Below, piece after piece: positions 1 to 8,500 of a DNA stretch of 64,000 nucleotides. Below the pieces are notes generated by a model. That model was given only the letters and a program-made list of their open reading frames with translations, had not been told where the DNA came from and did not search any database. The first letter of the stretch is position 1, and every line of letters starts with the position of its first letter. The DNA is taken from positions 220,549 through 284,548 of the forward strand of contig CAVYYM010000033.1 in the NCBI GenBank assembly GCA_963772715.1. Direction: 5' to 3'. This DNA comes from an uncultured Bacteroidota bacterium. GTDB taxonomy: Bacteria; Bacteroidota; Bacteroidia; Bacteroidales; VadinHA17. The position numbers were made by a program, and so were the translations under genes.

Positions 1-358
1 ACCTGATCTTTTGCCTGAATTCAGCTTTAGTGCTGAAGGTCTTTATCCTGAATCCGAATGCTTCATCATACTTCTCTTCAGGTACTGTTACTTCAAAAGC
101 TTTTCCATCGAAGGAAAAGGCGGAAACGGTATCGAAACCGAATGTTGTGGGAATCGGTCCTCCTGCCGGTACATCCATGGAATATATATGTGAGCCCTCC
201 TCGATGGTTGCTATAAATACCAGATCATAAACCCCTTCTCCCTTTTTCTCATATAAAAATTCCCAGGTAACAGGATCGTACACCTGAGCCACAAGGGAAA
301 TTGAGAGCGAGAGTGAGAGCGAGATAAGTGCAAACAGTTTGGTTAACAGCCTTTTCAT
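1..358 (-). CDS. DsbD-family thiol:disulfide interchange protein, N-terminal part only (gene runs off the window start)
   Basis: Absent from the ORF track because there is no stop in the window. Manual translation from the ATG at 358 gives MKRLLTKLFALISLSLSLSISLVAQVYDPVTWEFLYEKKGEGVYDLVFIATIEEGSHIYSMDVPAGGPIPTTFGF..., a signal peptide followed by a DsbD N-domain-like sequence. Confidence 0.55.
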   Translation of the reverse strand, partial: MKRLLTKLFALISLSLSLSISLVAQVYDPVTWEFLYEKKGEGVYDLVFIATIEEGSHIYSMDVPAGGPIPTTFGFDTVSAFSFDGKAFEVTVPEEKYDEAFGFRIKTFSTKAEFRQKIR

Positions 359-443
359 ACGGATAACAGGATATTAATTCTATGCAAAAGTAATAAAACG
401 GATAACAATAATGGACAGGAAAAGTTTCACGCCGGATCTGAGT

Positions 444-2003
444 CTAGGTCAGGTCTATCTCATTTTCATCCCTGTCGTAGAAATGATATTCGAGCATATG
501 ATAGGAGGTCACTGGCTGTACCTTAAGGCTGATCTTGTATTTCAGGTCCCATTTTCTGTAGATCGGGAATAAACCTTTCTTCAGCCAGGCAGCTACGAAA
601 GGATGGACATTAAGTATCAGTCTTTTTGTTTTTATCTTATCGACGATAAATGCGAGCTGGCTTTGGAGCTCATCGGTGAACAGGATCGTTGGTTTTATTT
701 CTCCAGTCCCCTGGCAGGAAGGACATTTTTCGTCGGTTACAATGTTCATTTCCGGCCTTACTCTCTGACGGGTAATCTGCATCAGGCCGAATTTCGTGAG
801 CGGCAGGATATTGTGCTTGGTCCTGTCGTTTGCCATCACCTCCTTCATCTTGTCGAACAAGGATTGCTTGTTTTCAGATGTCTGCATGTCGATGAAATCG
901 ATCACGATTATTCCGCCCATATCCCTGAGTCTCAGCTGACGGGCTATTTCAGTTGCCGCTTCCATGTTCACCTCCAGGGCATTCAGTTCCTGGTCGTTGC
1001 CTTTTCGGGAGCGGTTGCCGCTGTTCACATCGATCACATGAAGTGCTTCTGTATGGTCAATAATAAGGTATGCTCCATGCTTGAACGAGACAGTCTTGCC
1101 GAAGAGGGCTTTTATCTGCTTATTGATGTCAAAGTGGTCAAATATCGGGATAGTTCCCTTGTAGATCTTGACGATCTTTGACTTCTCAGGTGCTATCTCC
1201 TTGATATACTTGCGTATATCATCAGCCAGAGAGGGGTCGTTAGTGTAAATGCTGTTGAAAGTGACATTCAGCATATCCCTCAGGATGGTCGACGTCCTGT
1301 TCATCTCTCCAATAAACAGGCGCGGCGACTTTATTTCCTTTTTAACCGAAGTAAAAGCTGATTCCCATTTCCTGACCAGTTCCCTGAGTTCTGCATCGAG
1401 CACGGCCACTTTTTTACCTTCTGCGGCAGTTCTCACAATAACTCCATAGTTCCTGGGCTTGATGCTTTGGAGGAGAGTTTTCAGACGGTTCTTCTCATCG
1501 GAATTCTCAATCTTTGAAGAGATCGAGACTTTGTCAGAGTGAGGGATAAGAACAAGGTTTCTGCCTGCAAGCGAAATTTCGGAGGCCAGCCTGGGACCCT
1601 TTGTCGAAATAGGCTCCTTGGTTATCTGAACGATCACGGTTTGTCCCTGGGTAAGAACGTCGGTTATCTTGCCATCCTTGTCAATATCGGGTTCCGGCTT
1701 GAATTTATGGACAGGAACAACTTTCCCCTGCTTCTGCAGAGCTGAAATATAGTATTTGTGCTGTGTTCTGAATTGTGCGCCGAGGTCCAGGTAATGAAGG
1801 AACGCATCCCTCTCGTAACCTACGTTGACGAATGCGGCATTCAGTCCGGGCATGATCTTTTTCACCTTTCCCAGGTAAATATCGCCGACTGAAAACCTGA
1901 TATTGCGTTTTTCCTTGTTTAACTCAATTAACTGCTTGTCTTCCAACAACGCTAAAGAGACCTCGGAATCACTTGCATCAATGATGAGATCCTTATTTAC
2001 CAC
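444..2003 (-). CDS. rng: Ribonuclease G/E family (Rne/Rng)
   Basis: 519-aa ORF. It has an S1-like N-terminus (GDIYLGKVKKIMPGLNAAFVNVG) and an RNase E/G catalytic core (HTEALHVIDVNSG, GGIIVIDFIDM). Confidence 0.9.
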   Translation of the reverse strand: MVNKDLIIDASDSEVSLALLEDKQLIELNKEKRNIRFSVGDIYLGKVKKIMPGLNAAFVNVGYERDAFLHYLDLGAQFRTQHKYYISALQKQGKVVPVHKFKPEPDIDKDGKITDVLTQGQTVIVQITKEPISTKGPRLASEISLAGRNLVLIPHSDKVSISSKIENSDEKNRLKTLLQSIKPRNYGVIVRTAAEGKKVAVLDAELRELVRKWESAFTSVKKEIKSPRLFIGEMNRTSTILRDMLNVTFNSIYTNDPSLADDIRKYIKEIAPEKSKIVKIYKGTIPIFDHFDINKQIKALFGKTVSFKHGAYLIIDHTEALHVIDVNSGNRSRKGNDQELNALEVNMEAATEIARQLRLRDMGGIIVIDFIDMQTSENKQSLFDKMKEVMANDRTKHNILPLTKFGLMQITRQRVRPEMNIVTDEKCPSCQGTGEIKPTILFTDELQSQLAFIVDKIKTKRLILNVHPFVAAWLKKGLFPIYRKWDLKYKISLKVQPVTSYHMLEYHFYDRDENEIDLT

Positions 2004-2058
2004 TGACTATATTAATCTGAGTTAATATATTGTATTTTTAACGACACCTATATACAAT

Positions 2059-2088
2059 AAACCTAAAGATCAAGGGACCTTTAGGTTT
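2059..2088 (-). terminator. Candidate hairpin between the bS22-like/hup genes and rng
   Basis: Perfect 10-bp inverted repeat AAACCTAAAG/CTTTAGGTTT with a 10-nt loop, followed on the minus strand by an A/U-rich tract. Confidence 0.35.
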
Positions 2089-2119
2089 ATCTGTTCAATC
2101 ATAGACCACTCAATGATCT

Positions 2120-2209
2120 CTACTTCTTCTTATGTCTGTTCTTCCGCAAACGCTTTTTGCGTTTGTGAGTGGCCATCTTATGTCTTTTTCTTTTTTTACC
2201 GCTTGGCAT
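2120..2209 (-). CDS. 29-aa highly basic micro-protein, bS22-like (AURKAIP1/COX24-type) ribosomal protein candidate
   Basis: Below the ORF-track cutoff. Manual translation gives MPSGKKRKRHKMATHKRKKRLRKNRHKKK*. The ATG is the complement of 2207-2209 and the stop is the complement of 2120-2122. The KRxKMxxHKRKKxLRxxR pattern resembles mycobacterial bS22. Confidence 0.55.
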   Translation of the reverse strand: MPSGKKRKRHKMATHKRKKRLRKNRHKKK

Positions 2210-2215
2210 AGAGGA

Positions 2216-2503
2216 CTATTTCTTAACGTGTGATTTAACTTTCGTAATGAATGATTTTGCCGGCTTGAAAGCTGGGATATTGTGAGCAGGAATAATAATG
2301 GTAGTGTTCTTGGAAATATTCCTTGCAGTTTTCTTGGCTCTTTTCTTTACGATGAAGCTTCCGAAACCCCTTAGATAAACATTATTACCCGTTACCATCG
2401 AATGCTTTATAGTTTCCATCAGGGCTTCTACAGTTTTCTGAACTGTTACCTTCTCAATACCAGTGTTTTTGGCAATTTCATTAACAATGTCTGCTTTTGT
2501 CAT
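2216..2503 (-). CDS. hup: HU/IHF-family DNA-binding protein
   Basis: 95-aa ORF with the HU signature GFGSFIVKKRAKKTARN...IPAHNIPAFKPAK. Confidence 0.9.
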   Translation of the reverse strand: MTKADIVNEIAKNTGIEKVTVQKTVEALMETIKHSMVTGNNVYLRGFGSFIVKKRAKKTARNISKNTTIIIPAHNIPAFKPAKSFITKVKSHVKK

Positions 2504-2560
2504 TTTACATGGAGTTTAAAATTCAACAAATTATTTTGAGTATTCTTTTTTTCAACCCTG

Positions 2561-2568
2561 CAAATATA
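2561..2568 (-). promoter_or_regulatory. Candidate Bacteroidota -7 box (TAnnTTTG) upstream of hup
   Basis: The minus strand reads TATATTTG about 55 nt upstream of the hup ATG. This is a motif match only. Confidence 0.3.
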
Positions 2569-2840
2569 AAAATATTATTTGTTTAAATTGAAACACTTAA
2601 GTAATAATTTTTTTAAAAAGGTTTTATTATTGCCTAAAATACAATGAAATAGACAACCCATACGTCAGTTTTATCCCGCCTGTCACCATTGTAAGCCTCA
2701 TATCCATGAGATATGCGAATAAACTGTAAACTAGCGAAATATCGCAAATTTTGGCTTTTAACAGGATCCCCGTTGTAAAGAGCCTTTTTTTTCTTAACTT
2801 TACACTCCTGTGTTGAATAAACCAATTATTACATAACTAC

Positions 2841-3356
2841 ATGTCAATCAATAAAGTCATACTTGTCGGCAACGTCGGAAAAGATCCGGTTGTAAGGTAT
2901 TTTGACAAGGGTGTTGCCAAAGCGACATTTCCTCTTGCCACCAGTGAAACCTATACGAATCAGCAGGGAGAGACAATAACCTCAACCGAATGGCACAATA
3001 TCGTATTGTGGCGCTCACTGGCTGAAGTTGCGGAAAAAACCGTCAAAAAGGGCTCTCAGCTTTATATCGTCGGCAAGATAAAAACCAGATCATACGTCGA
3101 CAAGGATGGCAACAACAAGTATATAACAGAAATACTGGCTGACACAATGCTTGTCCTTGAAAAGAAGCAGGGTCAAAATTACGTTCCGGATGCCGGGAAG
3201 AACCAGGTTCAGGAAAAAGGAGGAGCGTCCGAAGTCAATGAACCGGGAGCTGCCTATCCTCCGAAAAGCAGTGCGAATGAATCTGATTCAGGACAAGGAG
3301 GTCCATTCAATGACACTCCCGGAACTGGGCAGAGTGAAGATGACCTTCCATTCTAA
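2841..3356 (+). CDS. ssb: Single-stranded DNA-binding protein
   Basis: 171-aa ORF with an OB-fold N-terminus (NKVILVGNVGKDP...TEWHNIVLW), a Gly/Pro/Gln-rich linker and an acidic DDLPF tail. Confidence 0.93.
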   Translation: MSINKVILVGNVGKDPVVRYFDKGVAKATFPLATSETYTNQQGETITSTEWHNIVLWRSLAEVAEKTVKKGSQLYIVGKIKTRSYVDKDGNNKYITEILADTMLVLEKKQGQNYVPDAGKNQVQEKGGASEVNEPGAAYPPKSSANESDSGQGGPFNDTPGTGQSEDDLPF

Positions 3357-3379
3357 GAGTTTAAATTAAATCGATCCCA

Positions 3380-4726
3380 TTGGAAACGGGTTTTGCATTT
3401 CCATATTTGACATTTTTCTCAGGAGTTGTCGTTCATACCCCCGATATTTATGTTATTGCCGGATTTGTAGTGCTGGCAGGCCTCCTGGTCGTTTCTGCAC
3501 TTATGTCGGCTTCCGAAGTGGCTTACTTCTCTTTAAGACCAGAAGATCTGGAAAAATTCAGGGTCGACAAATCAAAAAGAGCCCAGAGTGTATTGAAACT
3601 TTACGAGATGCCTGAGAAGCTGCTGAGCACAATACTTGTAGGAAACAATACTGTAAATGTCACCATCGTCCTGCTGTCGGCATTTATCAGCGCCAGGATG
3701 TTCAACTTCAGTGATGCCCCGGTACTGGGATTCATTGTGCAGGCTGTGATAATTACCTTCCTCCTTCTTTTTTTCGGTGAGATAATGCCTAAAGTCTATG
3801 CTTCGAGGAACAACGTTTCTTTAGCGCTCTTCATGGCACCCATCTTTCTTGTTCTTGTTAAGCTTTTCCGTCCCCTGACATCACTGCTTATACTCTCCTC
3901 ATCATTTGTAAAAAAGAAAGCAGGATTATACCGATCGGATATAAGCATGGACGATCTTTCTGATGCACTCGAGCTTGCCTCATCAGATGACCTGGATGAG
4001 GATGAAAAGATCCTTAAAGGGATTGTTAATTTTGGCAATCTGAATGTGAGCGCCATCATGTGCCCAAGAATTGATGTAACTGCTATTGACATAAGCGATA
4101 ATTTCAGCCAGGTGATGCTGGTAATTATTAATTCCGGATTTTCCAGGATACCAGTATATTCCGATTCATTCGACAACGTAAAGGGTCTCCTTTACGCCAA
4201 AGATGTCCTTCCGTTCAGCAATAATCCGGGAAGTTTCAAATGGCAATCACTCTTAAGGCCTCCGTATTTCGTGCCTGAAACCAAGAAGATAAACGATCTT
4301 TTGAAGGAGTTCCAGGTAAAGAAGATCCATATGGCAATCGTCATCGATGAATACGGAGGAACTTCAGGTATAATTACTCTTGAAGACATACTGGAGGAGA
4401 TAGTCGGTGAAATAACCGACGAAAGCGATGATGAACTTCCGATGTACAGGAAAGTAGATGAGAACATATATATTTTTGAAGGCAAGACCCTTCTGAATGA
4501 TTTCATTAAGGTCTTCGAGCTTGAAGATGATCCGTTCGATTATGTCAGGGGTGAATCAGAAACCCTGGCAGGACTGATCCTGGAGCTTACTGGTGAGATA
4601 CCCCCGAAGGACAAGACAATTAAATACCGGAACTTCACCTTCATGATAGAGTCGGCCGACAGGAGGAGAATCAAGGAGATAAGGGTAGAAATAAATAAAG
4701 ACGATGCCAAACCTGAAAGTGAATAG
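3380..4726 (+). CDS. gldE: Gliding-motility-associated GldE (DUF21 + CBS pair + CorC/HlyC C-terminal domain)
   Basis: 448-aa ORF with N-terminal TM helices, a CBS region and a CorC_HlyC-like C-terminus. The ssb-gldE-gldD order matches the arrangement known in Flavobacterium. Confidence 0.8.
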   Translation: METGFAFPYLTFFSGVVVHTPDIYVIAGFVVLAGLLVVSALMSASEVAYFSLRPEDLEKFRVDKSKRAQSVLKLYEMPEKLLSTILVGNNTVNVTIVLLSAFISARMFNFSDAPVLGFIVQAVIITFLLLFFGEIMPKVYASRNNVSLALFMAPIFLVLVKLFRPLTSLLILSSSFVKKKAGLYRSDISMDDLSDALELASSDDLDEDEKILKGIVNFGNLNVSAIMCPRIDVTAIDISDNFSQVMLVIINSGFSRIPVYSDSFDNVKGLLYAKDVLPFSNNPGSFKWQSLLRPPYFVPETKKINDLLKEFQVKKIHMAIVIDEYGGTSGIITLEDILEEIVGEITDESDDELPMYRKVDENIYIFEGKTLLNDFIKVFELEDDPFDYVRGESETLAGLILELTGEIPPKDKTIKYRNFTFMIESADRRRIKEIRVEINKDDAKPESE

Positions 4727-5309
4727 CTTCTTATACCTGCTGATCTTCACGGTTATATCGGGCAGTTGCCGCGAAGTGTCAGTTCCAAGGCCAAAGGGCT
4801 ATTTCCGGATCGACCTTCCGCAGCATGAATATATCGCCTTCAACAACGATTTCAGGCAGGCAGCTGATCTTCCTTTGTCTTTCGAATATCCATCGTATGG
4901 GAAAATATCCTTCGAACCTGATGCATATGCCGAACCCGGTTGGTTCAACATCGATTTTCAATCATACAAGGCGAAGATTTACCTTACTTACAAAAACATC
5001 AATAATGACCTTGAAAGCCTGATGGAACAGACCTACAGGATGAATGTCAAGAATCATATAACAAAAGCTGATGCGATCAATGAGCAGATGATCATTGATC
5101 CTGAACGCAGGATCTTTGGAATACTCTATGATCTGAAGGGAAGCACCGCCACGGCTGTTCAGTTTTTCGTAACAGACAGCACAACACATTTTTTCAGGGG
5201 ATCATTATATTTCTTTGCAGAGCCGAATCCGGATTCCCTGGCACCCGTAAATGAATTCTTCAGGGAGGATATAATTCATATCATAGAGACCCTGAAGTGG
5301 AAGGATTAA
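4704..5309 (+). CDS. gldD: Gliding-motility lipoprotein GldD
   Basis: 201-aa ORF with a lipoprotein-like leader (LIFTVISGSC) and a PRPKGYFRIDLP motif. It lies immediately downstream of gldE with a 23-nt overlap. Confidence 0.75.
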   Translation: MPNLKVNSFLYLLIFTVISGSCREVSVPRPKGYFRIDLPQHEYIAFNNDFRQAADLPLSFEYPSYGKISFEPDAYAEPGWFNIDFQSYKAKIYLTYKNINNDLESLMEQTYRMNVKNHITKADAINEQMIIDPERRIFGILYDLKGSTATAVQFFVTDSTTHFFRGSLYFFAEPNPDSLAPVNEFFREDIIHIIETLKWKD

Positions 5310-5326
5310 TAACTCAATTCCTGTAA

Positions 5327-6016
5327 ATGGGTTGTATTACAAAACATTATCTTAACAAGGACACCGTCCTGGGAGTATGGAAAATAGAAGAGGAAATCGA
5401 TACCCTTCTTGAACTCGCAGTGCTGGATAATGATGACAGGAAGAGATTCAAGGGATTTGCCAGCACTTCCCGGAAGCTGGAGTTCCTGAGCGTCAGGGCT
5501 CTTCTTGCTGAACTATTGGGAAAGGATGCCAGAATAGTATATAACAAGAATAACAAACCCTTTCTGAGAGATGGTTCGAGATTTATCTCCATAACACACT
5601 CACATAAGCTGACTGCAATTATTACAAGCGTGAACGAAAAGGTAGGTATCGATCTGGAATACATGAGTTCAAATATTAATGCTTTCGCCTTTAAATTTCT
5701 GAACAGAAAGGAGAAAGTGACGAAGAACAGCGATACGCGAAAATATCATCTGTATATTCACTGGTGTGCGAAGGAATCTCTTTACAAGATATGCGACAAG
5801 GAAGGGATAAACTTCAGGAAAGACATAACCATTGAACCGTTTGAATTGAAGGAATCAGGAGAGATAAAAGGATCTGTGAAAACGAAAAAGATAAACGAAT
5901 CATTCGACCTCTTCTATTCCAGATATGACAATTATGCAATTGTTTGGACAAAAAAGAATTATGGGAACAAAGAAATTTCCGGGAAAGAAGAGCGTAGCGT
6001 TGCTGCTCGATCCTGA
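5327..6016 (+). CDS. 4'-phosphopantetheinyl transferase superfamily protein
   Basis: 229-aa ORF with motifs FLSVRALLAELLG, KPFL, SITHS and GIDLE...W(C)AKESLYK. Confidence 0.75.
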   Translation: MGCITKHYLNKDTVLGVWKIEEEIDTLLELAVLDNDDRKRFKGFASTSRKLEFLSVRALLAELLGKDARIVYNKNNKPFLRDGSRFISITHSHKLTAIITSVNEKVGIDLEYMSSNINAFAFKFLNRKEKVTKNSDTRKYHLYIHWCAKESLYKICDKEGINFRKDITIEPFELKESGEIKGSVKTKKINESFDLFYSRYDNYAIVWTKKNYGNKEISGKEERSVAARS

Positions 6017-6686
6017 CAAAACCGGAGGAAGCTCCCTGAACAGGATCATCAATACTGCGGTAAAATGCAAGGCCGATTATATAATGGCCGGTGGCAGCTT
6101 AACCTTCAGCAGTATCGATACACTCATTGATTCTGTAAGGGAGCTTTGCTCCATACCAGTTGTCCTTTTCCCGGGTAACCTTCTTCAGCTGAGTCATAAA
6201 GCTGATTTCATCCTTCTTCTTTCTCTCATATCGGGAAGAAATCCCGAGCTTCTGATCGGGAATCATGTAATTGCTGCCCCTTACCTGAGGGATGTAAGAC
6301 AAAAACTGATCTCTACCGGCTATATCCTTATCAGCTGCGGCACAAGAACTTCAGTTGAATATATAAGTCAGACAGAAGCCATTCCTTCAAATAAGCCTGA
6401 GATTGTCGTTGCCACGGCCATGGCAGGTGAGATGCTGGGACTCAGCATGATCTATCTTGAAGCAGGAAGCGGCGCCTCCAGCCATATCCCTTTAAGCATT
6501 CTGAACGCTGTAAGGAAGAACATTTCAGTGCCTCTTGCCGTGGGCGGGGGAATAAGGAACAGAAAGGAGGTTGAGGCTATCTTCAATGCCGGAGCCGATC
6601 TTATTATTCTGGGCAACGGATGTGAGAGCAATCCGGAACTTCTCAGGGATGCCTGCATTGCAAGAGATAAATTCCGGTTAAAATAA
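5925..6686 (+). CDS. Geranylgeranylglyceryl/heptaprenylglyceryl phosphate synthase family (PcrB/GGGPS)
   Basis: 253-aa ORF with LLDPDK, GGS, FPGN, ISGRNPELLIG, EAGSGA and VGGGIR motifs. The start is uncertain (Met at 5925, 5934 or 5961), and every option overlaps the preceding gene. Confidence 0.8.
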   Translation: MTIMQLFGQKRIMGTKKFPGKKSVALLLDPDKTGGSSLNRIINTAVKCKADYIMAGGSLTFSSIDTLIDSVRELCSIPVVLFPGNLLQLSHKADFILLLSLISGRNPELLIGNHVIAAPYLRDVRQKLISTGYILISCGTRTSVEYISQTEAIPSNKPEIVVATAMAGEMLGLSMIYLEAGSGASSHIPLSILNAVRKNISVPLAVGGGIRNRKEVEAIFNAGADLIILGNGCESNPELLRDACIARDKFRLK

Positions 6687-6724
6687 CTTTAGTCTCCTTT
6701 TTGAGCGAGGAGGTATTTAATACT

Positions 6725-8392
6725 TTACCTGAATAATTCAAACATAGGTTCTCCGGTGCATGCATTTGGATAAGGTACTTTGCAGAGAGAAGAGAGCGTG
6801 GCAGCTATATCGGCCATATTTACTTTCCTTGTTACCGCAGCCCTGCTGACACTCCATCCATACCAGATCAGAGGCACATGCGAGTCGCATTCGTAGGGAG
6901 AATTATGATTGGTAACATAATCGTCTTCCTTCTCCACCCATCCCGGATTAAGAGTCACAATTACATCACCTGATCTCTGCGGGCTGAAATTATTGATGAT
7001 CCTTTTAAGGTTCCCGTTGCCGAAGTCATTGGCTTCAAAAGCATAATACGGGTATGCCGAGGCAACGCCTGAGAATTGTATAAGAAACCTTGCGACCTTC
7101 TTCTGAATATCCTCGAGAGGAATTTTGGCATCCTCAATAAGTGTCCTGTTAAGATACACCTGCTTTTCAGAATACCCCTTTACCCAGTCTCCATCACCGT
7201 AGACAGCCTTCAGATAGCTTTTCAGGAGAGAAAGAGCCTGATCCTGCCTGAAATAGCCGGAAGGAACTTTCATTTTTTCCAGTATCGCCGGCACCTCTGA
7301 TATACCATGCGCGGAAGCAAAATAGATAAGGACATTCTTCTTTCCGATATTGTCGTTCAGGTACTTCAGAAGATCTTCGATATTCTTGTCGAGCCTCATT
7401 ATCGCATCGGCCATTTCGTAGGATGAAGGACCGAATCTGTGACCAATGTAATCAGTTGAAGTGTAACATACTGCCAGGAAATCAGTAATATCATCCTTTC
7501 CAAGACCTTCCATTTCAATGACCTTTTTTGCAAAGTCTGTCGTAAAAGTATTTCCGAAAGGAGTCTCCCTGAGGATCGAAAAATCACGATTCTTTCCGTT
7601 TTTGTCTTTCGTGCTGAGCTTCCTCAGGTCATAGGGGAAATAATTCTGTCCGTTGAAACCAGCTTCATGTCCACTGGAATCCGGGACACAGTCATTATAA
7701 TCCTGCTCCGGCCGTGACAGGTTCCATGGATTATTCAGGTATGTCTCGGAGTATTTGGTTGCATTGAAATCGTTTATCCATGAGGGAAGGGAATTCATAT
7801 AATATGTGCTCGAAATCCAGGTCCCGGAAATGTCATCATACCAGAATGAGCCGTTGGCAGCATGTCCGCCTGAAAGAATCGCAGAGCTCTCCTTCATTCC
7901 GACTGCAAACACCTTCGACCTCCCGCCTGAGGAGACTTTGAGCTCATCAGTGAAAGTCGATGCCTGTAGATTCACGGGTGAATGAAGCCCTGCCTCGATG
8001 CTTCCTCCCACCGGATCGACACTAATGTCCTTGGTGCAATACACTTCCTCATTTTTAAGTGGAACATACCACATATCAGAAGTGATCCCGTGAATAGAAG
8101 GTTCTGCACCCGTCGCGATGGTTGCATGTCCGGGAGCAGATTGTGTTAGCATATACTGATATGAAGCGTTCTGAAAAAAAGTTCCCTCGTTCAGGAGCTT
8201 CCTTATGCCGTTTTCGCCAAATCTGTTCCTGAATCTTTCGATCTGGTCATACCTGAGCTGCTCGACAATAATGCCCACAACAAGAACAGGCTTTTCCGGA
8301 GGGATATAGGCTCCCTGCCCCATAGCCATATTGCAAATAAAAATTGCTGAAAAAATCGCTGCTGTCCTTTTCAAAATCTTTTCCCTCATCAT
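6725..8392 (-). CDS. Alkaline-phosphatase-superfamily protein (type I phosphodiesterase/nucleotide pyrophosphatase-like), secreted
   Basis: The ORF spans 6725..8440. The likely start is MMREKILKRTAAIFSAIFICNMAMGQ at 8392, which gives a signal peptide. It has AlkP-core motifs (TQSAPGHATIATG, YTSTDYIGHRFGP, SAHG). Confidence 0.75.
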   Translation of the reverse strand: MMREKILKRTAAIFSAIFICNMAMGQGAYIPPEKPVLVVGIIVEQLRYDQIERFRNRFGENGIRKLLNEGTFFQNASYQYMLTQSAPGHATIATGAEPSIHGITSDMWYVPLKNEEVYCTKDISVDPVGGSIEAGLHSPVNLQASTFTDELKVSSGGRSKVFAVGMKESSAILSGGHAANGSFWYDDISGTWISSTYYMNSLPSWINDFNATKYSETYLNNPWNLSRPEQDYNDCVPDSSGHEAGFNGQNYFPYDLRKLSTKDKNGKNRDFSILRETPFGNTFTTDFAKKVIEMEGLGKDDITDFLAVCYTSTDYIGHRFGPSSYEMADAIMRLDKNIEDLLKYLNDNIGKKNVLIYFASAHGISEVPAILEKMKVPSGYFRQDQALSLLKSYLKAVYGDGDWVKGYSEKQVYLNRTLIEDAKIPLEDIQKKVARFLIQFSGVASAYPYYAFEANDFGNGNLKRIINNFSPQRSGDVIVTLNPGWVEKEDDYVTNHNSPYECDSHVPLIWYGWSVSRAAVTRKVNMADIAATLSSLCKVPYPNACTGEPMFELFR

Positions 8393-8500
8393 AGAATTAT
8401 TGACATTCGCGCCACTCCGGGAATGGCATAAATAAAACAAGTTTCAAAAGTAGTTTTTTTAAGGAGACCCGCAATAGCATGTTCAAGGCAGACAAAAGAT

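Noticed and set aside
603-1181. 192-aa plus-strand ORF
   Set aside because: It is antisense to the RNase G/E gene and has no protein-like motifs, so it is a shadow ORF. The same reasoning applies to the many 60-170-aa ORFs antisense to ribosomal, secY, fusA, eno and rpoA genes.
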